From Styela clava (lineage: Eukaryota): 64,000 bases of DNA. The notes beneath the pieces are model-generated. The model worked only from the letters and a program-made list of their open reading frames with translations. It was not told the origin of the DNA and ran no database searches. Position 1 is the first letter of the stretch. Every line of letters starts with the position of its first letter. The stretch covers positions 9,486,001 to 9,550,000 of the forward strand of contig NC_135262.1 of assembly GCF_964204865.1 (NCBI RefSeq), in the 5' to 3' direction. The position numbers and the translations under genes were made by a program. Shown here in pieces: positions 14,001-25,300 of this stretch.

Positions 14001-17000
14001 ATAAACACGCCTGAACCCACTCTCCCGGACGCTCCTGTGACCATCGATTATCAGCAACCGAACGGCGCGTACAGCACATACGCTGTTCCTCAACCAGTTC
14101 GCAATGTAACTACAGCGTCGCATGTACCTCAACAAGATTATCAAATGGTCCAAGCACCGCAGCTACAAGTTCCAAATCGATACGTGACAGCCACTGCAGG
14201 CCCACACATGAACGGCCACTCGGCCGTTTCTCCGCCACAGAATTTAAATGAGAGTCTTCTAATCAAGGTGTATTTTCGTGGTAACGAGGTCATGAAAAAA
14301 TCAGTCACTAATTCTTCCGGATTTCGATTGTACTCCGGCAACAACATTCCGGATATGTCGCGACTTCTTGATACAGCACAGAGAGATCAACTTCAGAGAC
14401 TCACCAGATTCAATAGCGAATACTTATTCGGTCCAGATTCAGTGGAACAGGTGGAAGTGAGTCTTGTTTTAAATATTTTTTAATCAAAACAAAACGAACG
14501 ATCAGCTACGTTTTTTCTTACCTTTCTCTGTAAAATCTCCCTTTCTATATTTATTACTTGAACATTTTATAAAATAAGGATAAAGTAAGTCATCAACTGA
14601 TATAACTTCAACAACTAAATTCACTGAAATTGTCTTTTTACGGCGCGTGTGCTGAGTAGTCAATATGACATCCCATCGCTTAAATTTTGTGGGAACGTGT
14701 AATAACCCCTTTATTAATTAACTGATATCCAGAAAATTGACGGCGAAGAATCAAATCATGACTATAGACTAAACAAAATACCAACTAGACTAGACGATGA
14801 AAAACATCTTATATTTTTTTTATATGTTACTGAGTAAACAATTCGATATATATACCATCCCGCTTCGCTGTTGCATCACTATAAATGCATTAAAAATGCT
14901 GGGTTAATCTGATTTCATTTGATTACTTTACGCGGTGTATATGGATCATTATGCAAAATTGTAGTTGAGATGCTTTGGGTTGTTGTTATTTTGAAATATC
15001 GCTTTTCTGAGCAACTAATAATCCAACGAATTACAAAGTGTCGGTACTTGAAGGTTGACGAGAACGCTGGAATGCTGTTACTTTTTGGGCCTATCTACCC
15101 GAAATTTTACTCAAAATTTTCTAATTTAATCAATTTAATTCACAGCCACTTTAATTCGATATTTGACTATTTATATTTGGGTATTGCTCTCTTGTATACA
15201 GTTTGTAGATGTTAAGTGCCATACATTGGTTGACCATTGATTCAAAGAAAACACTATGTGAAATTTTGAAATCGTAGGCAATATAGGCCTACAACAATCA
15301 TCACGATCTGTATAACGTCGCTTTATTCATTAACTACTCTGGGGGTTTCCATCGGGGTCGACGAGTCATATTTTAGAATGAAAATTATTAACCCTGTACT
15401 AGCAGACATGATTTTATTGCATTTCCCACATTTATGTATTTCTAGCAAACAGCGATGAACGTGTTATTTCGTTGGTCGAAAGCAAATTTGTTTTATATAG
15501 CGTGAACTGAAGCGAATCCAGGGACAAAACAGCCTTTATAATAAAACATTATTCATCATCGCTCAGTGGATCGCAGTCTTCAGCTGTATAATCCATGTCT
15601 TACGCCTAAGTACAAACAAACAGTAATCCCGTGTATGTGTCGCTTAAAGATGGCGAATGTTGAAAGAAGATAATAGCTGGTCCTTGTAGATATTTCCATC
15701 CGATATTACTCAAATACCGATCATTCTAACAAAGGAAAAGCTAGAATTATTTAGACTGGGAACTTCCCATTCACAAAAAGTTTTTCGGGTATATAAAATA
15801 TTTCGTGACATGAATAGCAACACCAAACAGGCATTTTCAAACCTCTACGTCACTTTCAATAAAGCGGATCTGTGTGGCTGTTTTGATATCGATGTGATTA
15901 ATAATCAAAGGCAATACTTCGCAAATGATCTTACTGATTGTAATTATTTGAATCATCTAAATGCAGTCGACATATACCTTATCGTCAAATAAAATTGTTT
16001 CATGTTGTTCTATTACAGTGGCATGATGAAACGACGGATTTTAGTTATTTTATTTCCCAAACTCTAAAATCTAAATCATCATCAATGTAATGTTCGTTAC
16101 ACAAGTCCAACCAATCCTTCCTATTTTATTTTAGATGCCATCCATAAAACAGATTACAGACAAGCAAGCATTACAAACGAATGAGATATTATCAAATATG
16201 GATCGAGGACTCATATTTTATATTGAAAACGCGAATAACGACGTTACGCCATATGACCAAGCTATCATACCCAATGTATATTGTATCAGACTCTGCCAAA
16301 CAAGGGTGAGGCTCATTAATTTTGTCTAAATCTTGATTTTTACTTTTCAGAAATTTTCCAGAATTATTTAAAATACAGAAGTCAACGGATCACAAAATTA
16401 CAATTTTATGATTATTTTACTAAACAAACTTTTGTTGGTTGAAAATTATTTAATGAAATTTTAGCCTTCCTGTATAAGTCACATTCATCCCTTTGCACAA
16501 AAATATCGAGGATGTTAAAAAATTTTCGGGTTTTGTGCATAAAATTTGTGTTCGATTCCCAATAGATTATATTATTACGTCATTCCACATGTGTCATACA
16601 TTGTATGATAAAAAAAATGACCTCTCCTTCCTGGTTTGTGACCTTTTATCATCTTCGTTGACAATAAGCACAGACATTCAGTTAGGGATTAACATGGAAG
16701 TGTACAACTGTCTTGATGACTTCTGCCCGTTGGGAACAAATTTTTGTACAAATTAATTGCTATGTATTAGATTGTTTTTGTGGTATATTTATTAATTTTA
16801 TGTTTCCTGTGAGTAAAACTCCAAATATAATGGCAACAATACTCAACTCATCGTATCAAATGATTCTATAGATCATTTTGTGCCCAATTGGTCTCGGGAG
16901 ATGTGATGCTTGTTTTTTAAATGGGTTTCTTTTTGAAGCATATTTTGCATAAACCTTATTTTATTACAAATATTTTATCTTTCATATTATATACATTTTA

Positions 17001-17765
17001 TTCCAAAATTCGCCCTACTTACTGTGTACGAAAAAGTTAAGAAAAATTAAAAAAAGGTTTAGGGATAAGATTTCTTTTAAACCGCATATCTACTATCATT
17101 TCTATTACAAGAATAGACCCACCCAGTTCGCAGCGTCTTCTATGCCGTAATTTGACACATCTAACCAAATAGGGTCTATGAATTCGTGGAATATTTCAAC
17201 TGATCATGATATGACGTAGTGAAAACATATTATTAAATTTTTATAAAACATCCGCTGTGGACATGACAGTTTTGAATATTGGAATATACCCGCGTGATTT
17301 ATCTCATATTAAATTTGAAATTATTTACATTTTATTGTATTTATTTTTATATTTATATATTTCTTTATTATATCATTGTTGTTGTTTTAGGTCTTCCCAT
17401 ATGGTACTAACGTACAGGAAAGTGATGTACTTGAATGTGACGGTTTGGCGCGAATGAAATGGGCAAAGATATTCGACTCAAACGAGTTTTTGCGCCAGAT
17501 GTCGAGAACTGGAACCACACCGTCGTCGACCATTAAGCTTTCTGTGGGACAAAAGCCGAAGAAACAAGAAGGTCTTCATTGTTTAGTGTCCATTACAGTT
17601 TCGGTTACGCAAGCCAAAATTCTTGCTGATCGTCAAGTGGAAGACCAGCTAGATGAGATTTTCATCTCTGACAAGAATTCGATGGACGTCGCAGCGCAAC
17701 TTATACAAAACCAAATTCGTCAAAAAATTCAACTGGACGACAACGCCGTTGTCATGAGATCATAA
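8070..17765 (+). CDS. Interferon regulatory factor (IRF)-like transcription factor, ~559 aa, 6 coding exons
   Basis: Exons 8070-8264, 11395-11563, 11735-11887, 13840-14456, 16135-16305, 17391-17765 join in frame with GT-AG introns. N-terminal IRF DBD motifs: ICIPW, MFTEWA, KHRFRNAL, RVYEF. Pro/Gln-rich linker. IRF-association domain motifs: IKVYFRG, GFRL, LFGP..VEQVEMP, ILSNMDRGLI, RLCQTRVF. Confidence 0.92.
9753..9761. promoter_or_regulatory. GAS (STAT-binding) consensus TTCCCGGAA in IRF intron 1
   Basis: Optimal TTCCNGGAA motif match. Similar sites at 10195-10203 and 13394-13402. Function untested. Confidence 0.35.
10669..10686 (-). promoter_or_regulatory. ISRE/IRF-E element (GAAAGCGAAACTGAAACT) in IRF intron 1
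   Basis: AGTTTCAGTTTCGCTTTC contains three TTTC cores at 6-bp period, matching the ISRE consensus AGTTTCNNTTTC. Confidence 0.55.
11909..12728. mobile_element. Non-autonomous TIR element (MITE) in IRF intron 3
   Basis: About 53-bp near-perfect terminal inverted repeat ATATCGTCACGCTAATAACCGAATTGCGTAAGTCATTTTT...AAAAATGACTTACGCAATTCGGTTATTAGCGTGACGATAT. Superfamily not determined. Confidence 0.85.
15758..15767 (+). promoter_or_regulatory. NF-kB-like site GGGAACTTCC in IRF intron 4
   Basis: Matches GGGRNNYYCC. A second match, GGGGGTTTCC, is at 15341-15350. Confidence 0.3.
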
Positions 17766-19830
17766 AAAATACAAGCTGTATTGTTTGTTCGGCTGACCTA
17801 AAAATTCAATTACCGGTCAAATTAAAAAGATACATTGCCAATTGCCATAGAAATCCCAGGACTCTTATGGAGTTCAGACTCTTGCGCTTGAAAAATTGCA
17901 TCATTTGAGAAGAAAAATGTATCCACGTGCATTGATTTGAAGTACTTTATTTTTAAGTGTCTAGATAAACACTCTGACAAAGAATGACGTATATTTTTTG
18001 CTTAATTAATTTCAGTTGAATTGTATGCTAAATTTTTATTACCAGGGTCCTCCTATACATATATTTTCTGGGGAGTTTTTATGTGAAATTTTTGTTTTTT
18101 ATGTGATTTGATTGTAGGAATGATTTGTTTCCTTTTATGACATTACCGAATTTGTTGGGAAAGTTTCTAAAATTTTGAAAAATTCCAAAAATTTTGAATG
18201 TACTCAATACGAGTAAAGCACGTCTTCTTGTCCCAGACGATGTTAAAGATCGTCGCTATTGAATAAAAAACACTTCAGCAAAAAACTTGAAAGCAATTTC
18301 CTGGATTTTCCCGGCCTTTGTTTGAGCGTGTACTTACTTGCAGCATACTAGTATTGAAACATATTTGGTCGAGTATGATTCTTTGTCAAACATATAACGA
18401 ACAGCCTTGGTTGTGGAAAATATTCAGATTAGTCAAATCCTAATATTTTTCTCCCGAGATAAACCTTCCAAAATTTTAGCTGTATAGTGAGTATTATTTT
18501 GACTATCGAGGGCACGAAATTTTTTTTAACTTCATTGATAAATAATGTAAAGTTTACAAATATCTAAGTGCATAAAATAACCTTAAATAAAGAAATAATA
18601 CTCAAAATCAAAATCGCACTTTGCTCATCAGAATCCATTTTTTCTACTTTGTGTCAAACTTTTGCTATGCATTTTTTTCACATATTAAATAATTGATGTT
18701 TTTCAAGTCTTTCTTCTGTTATTGTAAATAATATAATTTTTTTTTAGGTCTCAAGCTTTAGATAATAAGGGTCACTTTCGGGATCTTATTGGGGGCTATT
18801 GATAAATCGAGCACGGTTCTTTTTAAAAACAATTTTATGGTGAATTTTTTCACTTTCTTCCAGTCATAACGATGTCACCCGATAACTTTGGTCAAGACCA
18901 CCTGATATGAATCAATGTATGATAAGGGACTAACTGTATTATTCCCATAGAAAGTATCACAGAACAGGGTCTTTGTCTTTATATTACAATTAGAAATGAC
19001 GCACGGATAAATACAAGACGCACCCGTATGAATGCTAGAACAACGTGCTGGTATGAGTATCCATCGTTCGAAGTTAATAGTTTCGTATGAATTTTTGTTT
19101 CTATCTGTAATTTCCCAGCATCACTTGTTTTATCTTCGGTTTCTCGCAACACAATTAATTTTTCATGAAATTTTAAAACTACCAAACTGTACATCTTACG
19201 GACATATTTAGTTTCATATAAGGTGTGACTCAATTTAAATAAACTTCAATTTTCCAACCTATCGACCAATCTGCTTGAACTGTTTTTTTTTATTACCTAG
19301 TTTCATTAAACGAATTAAGCCTTTCATTTTATTACATCCTGTATAATAAAAGAAACTTCTTCCAATTTAAATGCTTTCTTTGTTTAGTGTCGGAATGTTT
19401 AATTTTTTTTCTGTATTATTTTCAACTCTATTTTTTAATTTAGTTAGTGATTTATTCGTTTATTTTTCTTGTCGTCAAAAATTTGTGTGTCTCCAAAGAA
19501 TTTACGGTAAACAGTGAAGAATGCGTTTTTTATAGTTTGGAAAAGTTCCGATTTTTTAGTTAGTTGAGCGAAAAAAATTATAAAAAACCCAACGCATTGT
19601 TGTGAGCATGAAACGTAAACGCTGCATGGGGAAAAGTTTAGAGTAATAATCATTGCTCAGTTTACAAATTAGTTTGTTTAAAAGCCTAAATGATAGTTTC
19701 ACTTCACAGAGAAATAGGTGGTGCCTGTGCTGAGTAAACTAAAATAATCAACCCAAAGGCTTACCCAGGATTAAATCATCAGAGAACTCTTCAAAACTTG
19801 TTGTCTTCCACTAATTATTTTGATGTAGAC

Positions 19831-20303
19831 CAGGGTGGTCCAAACCCAGGCCCGCGGGACACATGGGGCCCGCCGCTCCATTATCTGTGGTCAGCGCCGC
19901 ATTCGGAGAGTAATCAAAACATCGTATTTTAAATTGCTTCTCATAAAATAAATCAGAAAAATTGTTTGACATCTTGTTGTTATATCACTACTGTGACTGA
20001 ATTGACTAGTATGATGGCTAGCTGAAGCAACTAGCGAAGTGAATATGTGATGGGCAGTCTAAATTGTTACATGGATTTCTATCGTTTTGGTCGGGAATAT
20101 ATGCTAACAATATAGGCATGATAGAAAACTAAACATCGGATGCGAATTCCATTAGACTAGGTTTGCAATGCCTGATCCCTATGTGTTCACACAATAGAAG
20201 TGCTTGTTTTGTATTGCACTGTTTACCTATTCTTGGTACTATTGTGGCCCGTGACCCAAAATAATTTTGTGGCCCGCGGAGCCCACAACCTTGGACCACC
20301 CTG
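19831..20303. mobile_element. Non-autonomous hAT DNA transposon
   Basis: TIR CAGGGTGGTCCAA/TTGGACCACCCTG, GGCCCGC subterminal motifs, perfect 8-bp TSD ATGTAGAC. Confidence 0.92.
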
Positions 20304-21188
20304 ATGTAGACTATTCCAAGACTCGGTCAATTAATATATATACGTTTTATTTTTGAGGCTAAAACATGTGTGTCTGATGACATCTGGGCAAATATTTGTT
20401 TTAGTTGTCATACATTTAATCTATAAATATTATTATGGGCAGGTGTTCAGATATTACTCCGTTCGATTCTTAAAAAAGGAGATCGTTTACGATATCATGT
20501 TCACGAACAAATGATATATTGTCATAAACACAACTTTATCTTTTATCATCAATAAATTTGCACATGAGCATTCTTCAAGTAGATGTCAATATAAAATGCT
20601 TTCACTAACCAACAAAACCTCGGGATTTCCGAATTTCGGCTTGTTCATCCAGATCCCATTTGCCACCCGGTGGAATCGCGGTACAACATATTTATTTGTT
20701 GGATTGTCGTCTTATATAATTTGCCTGTTTTTATTTTGTGCCTCAACTTTTTGCCTGTTTTCATCCTCTCGTAACTCAGAAACGTTTTGCTCGATCCACT
20801 ACATTAGCGTGATTTGTTCGCATTCATTCCGTGTAACAGTATCCATTTGTGCGCAAACTTTAAACGCTTATATTTACAAATCTGCTTTTTGTTGGCATAT
20901 CTTTCACCAATCTGCTTCCCCAACAAAGCTTTTGTTTCAAATACTTCCCGCCAAACTATCTATTTACTTATTCATGCTAACGTTATGACTCGCTACCATA
21001 TTTTGAGAAAAATTACTGATGACAAAACCAAAATGGGCTGGAATTGAAAGCATGCAACTACGAGTTAATTGATCAGGAACATGGAATATTAAATAATAGC
21101 GAGTAAAAAGTAAACTAATAATAATTATTCTATATATATATGGTCATAAATATAATCGAGTCGAATACTCTTATACAAATATACCGTA

Positions 21189-22272
21189 TCATTCGTCATC
21201 TAATGTCGTTAGAGGTCTAGTAAGCTCATTATAAGCTCGCAATGAACCACGAGAGGGACCAAGATACACTCGACACGCTTGATCAAGCAGGTAACGGTTG
21301 AGTGGGTGTGCTCGGTTACGTGCCACGTTCAAATCCATTCGGTAAAAATCCTTTGAGGTACGGGCAAAGTCAATATCATTTTTCTGTTGCGCTCTGGTCC
21401 CGTACATTTGCTGCATCTGCTGTCTTCAAAACAAAACAAAATTACTCTTATAAATAAGTACACAATGGAGTTAGTAAAAATCAAGGATGCAAAGATTTGT
21501 TACCTCAGTTCTTTGACATGTGTAAAATTAATAGTTCCTTTGTGCATAGCAATCTCAGGGCGGCGGTAATTCACTTTTGCAAAAGGCGTTAGATGGGTAC
21601 TACCTTCCTTCTGAGACCACGGAATCGGCTTACTTCTGAGAGGTAAAGAACTTCCGAATAAAAATCTACATAACTTTTGTTGGGGTTACATGGGACGAGG
21701 TACCTAAGCTAAGTCTAAGTCTTTGCGATCTACGATATTTATGCTTATAATGCAAGAATGTTGTATCAAGAATGAGATGGAACGTTACCGAAATACGTTT
21801 ACTTTAGCGTGGAGCAGGATTCTTGATTCACATGTATTATAATTATATGTGCATGCCCTCTTTTTTATCATATTTGAAACGCTTTTAGCGTGTTAGTAAG
21901 ATGTATATTTACTTTGGATCCAATATATCTTCTCCAGTAGATGGCAGCTTCATTCTCTCTTCTCTTCGTTGACTAAGCAATTGTCTACGTGTTAGATTTA
22001 TGTCGGGCAATGTTACCTGTGGGCGAAACAAATTATTTTCACTCTCAAGTACTGTATAAGATGGAGGAGTGAAAATAGGGGAAACAAGTTAAAAAAATTG
22101 TAAACAGAAACAAGTATTAAATATCTGAGATGGTGATGAAGATGTTAAAAATATGATAAGGACAGAGTATGAAAAATATCTATGATGAGGTTACTCGAAA
22201 AGTGAAGCCAAATTTATATCAAATGAAAAAATATATAGAATAATTGCAGTGAAAAAGAAAATTGCAAAAAAT

Positions 22273-22306
<34 letters not shown>

Positions 22307-25300
22307 CTCTATTACGGTAGTTAAACGGACCTGCCATAATTGCAGTACTTAAGCGGACGTCGTTCCTGTGTCCGTATCATTGTTTTTAAATACGTACTTG
22401 GAGAGCGTGAGAGCCGTTGACAACTACGGAAAAAAAGAGTCAACACAATCCTCTCGATGACAGATATAAAATTTTTGTCCGCTTAATTCGTCCACTTAAT
22501 TCAGAGCACCAAATGTTTTAGCCTATTTCGGCACTAAGCCGGACCCCTCTTATATGTCGCCCTGGATGTCTACATAAATGATGCTGCTTTTATTTTATTA
22601 CGCATTTTAAAGCGTATGACCTCGCTTTAATTTCCAATGGATTCGAACCATTTAGCATTATTTATCACAAAAAATAGCATTTTTTTTTCAATGTTCAGTA
22701 TTTTGTGCAAGGGAGATGCACTGTGTTTGGTGTAGGAAATAATCTTCCATGTCAAAAAATACTCAAAATGCAACGTGAAGGTAGACAAATCGAAACAAAT
22801 TGATTCAAACGTAATATATATTTGAAACTGAGAAATACACAGAGCATATCACAAATGTTCACCTATTCCAACCCTATGGTGTAACATATAGATTAAACAG
22901 ATGCTATGTTGTGAGTGTCAAGATATCAATACCAAGTCAAAATTATTGCATTCAAATAATATTGATAAACTTTGCGCAAAATATATCTCAAAAATCCGCA
23001 TATCTATATGGCTAGTTATTAAGCGTGACATATAATTGAAAAACAAAATTTCGAAATGCCATACATATTGAGAAACAATACACAAAATATATTTCAAATG
23101 TATCACCAATTTGATTGCTAAAGTGTGAAATATTATTTTAAAAAGGAAGTGTGGTATATAATAGTAAAATAAAATATGAAAGTGCTAATATTATTGAGAA
23201 ACAATAAAAGAAAATTATATATACGCAGAAGGAAACCGCAGAATGAAATTCGGAAATGCCAATAATATTGAAAAAATATCACAAACTTTATCTCAAATGT
23301 CCACCTATCCGGCCTTTTAATTTATACAAATAATTGTAAATGGGAATTCTGGTATGTCATTAATGAAGACAAAAATCACACAAATTCGATTTCAAATGTT
23401 CATCTATTCGGTCACTCAAATGTGGCACGTAATTGAAAAATGAACACCAGCCCTATTGAGAAACATTACACAAAATATATCTCAAATGTCTACTTATCCG
23501 GCATTTAAGTGTGGCATATACCAAATAAAATAAAAATTATGAAATCATATTGAGAAATATTACACAAAGTATATCTCAAATGTCCACCTATCCGGCCACC
23601 TAAGTGTGGCATACAAGAATTGAAATGAAAACCCTGAAATCATATTGAGAAATATTACACAAAGTATATCTCAAATGTCCACCTATCCGGCCACCTAAGT
23701 GTGGCATACAAGAATTGAAATGAAAATTTTGAAATCCTATCGAGAAATATCACACAAAGTATATCTCAAATGTCCACCTATCCGGCCACCTAAGTGTGGC
23801 ATAAAGCATTAAAATGAAAATTCTGAAATCATATTGAAAAACATTACACAAAGTATATCTCAAATGTCCACCTATCCGGCCACCTAAGTGTGGCATAGCA
23901 TTAAAATGAAAATTCTGAAATCATATTGAGAAATATTACACAAAATATATTTCAAATGTCCACCTATCCGGCCACCTAAGTGTGGCATACAAGAATTAAA
24001 ATGAAAATTTTGAAATCATATTGAGAAATATCACACAAAGTATATCTTAAATGTCCACCTATCCGGCCACCTAAGTGTGGCATACAAGATTTGAAATGAA
24101 AATTCTGAAATCATATTGAGAAATATCACAAACTTTATCTCAAATGTCCACCTATCCGGCCACCTAAGTGTGGCATAAAGCATTAAAATGAAAATTCTGG
24201 AATCATATTGAGAAACATTACACGAAGTATATCTCAAATGTCCACCTATCCGGCCACCTAAGTGTGGCATAAAACAATCACAATGAAAATTCTGGAATCA
24301 TATTGAGAAACATGACACAAAGTATATCTCAAATGTCCACCTATCCGGCCACCTAAGTGTGGCATAAAACATTAAAATGAAAATTCCGAAATCGTAATGA
24401 GAAACATTGTGCGAAGTATAAATCAAATGTCCACCTATCCGGCCACCTAAGTGTGGCATACAAGAATTGAAATGAAAATTCTGAAATCATATTGAGAAAC
24501 ATTACACAAAGTATATCTCAAATGTCCACCAATCCCGCCACCTAAGTGTGGCATACAAAAATTGAAATGAAAATTCTGAAATCATATTGAGAAACATCAC
24601 ACAAAGTATATCTCAAATGTTCACCTATCCGACCACCTAAGTGTGGCATAAAACAATCACAATGAAAATTCTGAAATCATATTGAGAAACATTACACAAA
24701 GTATATCTCAAATGTCTACCTATCCGGCCATCTAAGTGTGGCATAAAACGATCACAATGAAAATTCTGAAATGATATTGAGGAACATTACACAAAATATA
24801 TATCTCAAATGTCCGAATACCCGACTGCCTAAGTGTAGCATACAACTATTGAAACCAATTCCTGAAATCATATTGAGAAATCTTACACAAAATTTATCTC
24901 AAATGTCAACTTATTCGACCGCTTCAGTGTGTGAAATATAACTAAAATACGAAATTTCGAATACTAATCATATTTTGATGTTGTGGAAAATTGCTCAAAA
25001 TTTATCTCAAATGTTCACCTATCCGATAACTTGAGAGTGACAAATATTATAAAACAAAATTTTGAAACCATATTGAGGAACAATACAGAAAATATATCGC
25101 AAATCGTCATTTACTCAGATACGTAAGTGTGTCATGTAAATGCAAAATGATATTTTGGAATGACAATAATATTAGGAAGCATTCAAAGAAAATTTCAACC
25201 ATCCGACCATTTCAGAAGGTATGTAATTAAAACACGAAATTCTTTAAAAAAATATCAAGAACCATTACACACAACATATCTCAAATGTTCAATTAAATGA

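Noticed and set aside
20596-20988. 130-aa plus-strand ORF
   Set aside because: No motifs; it looks like the antisense shadow of the decayed minus-strand segment.
24031-24270. 79-aa repetitive ORF
   Set aside because: Translation of the minisatellite.
23545-24840. CRISPR-like look of the 95-bp array (conserved hairpin block alternating with variable segments)
   Set aside because: The intervening segments are homologous to each other rather than unique spacers, there are no cas genes, and the context is a eukaryotic intron. It is a minisatellite.
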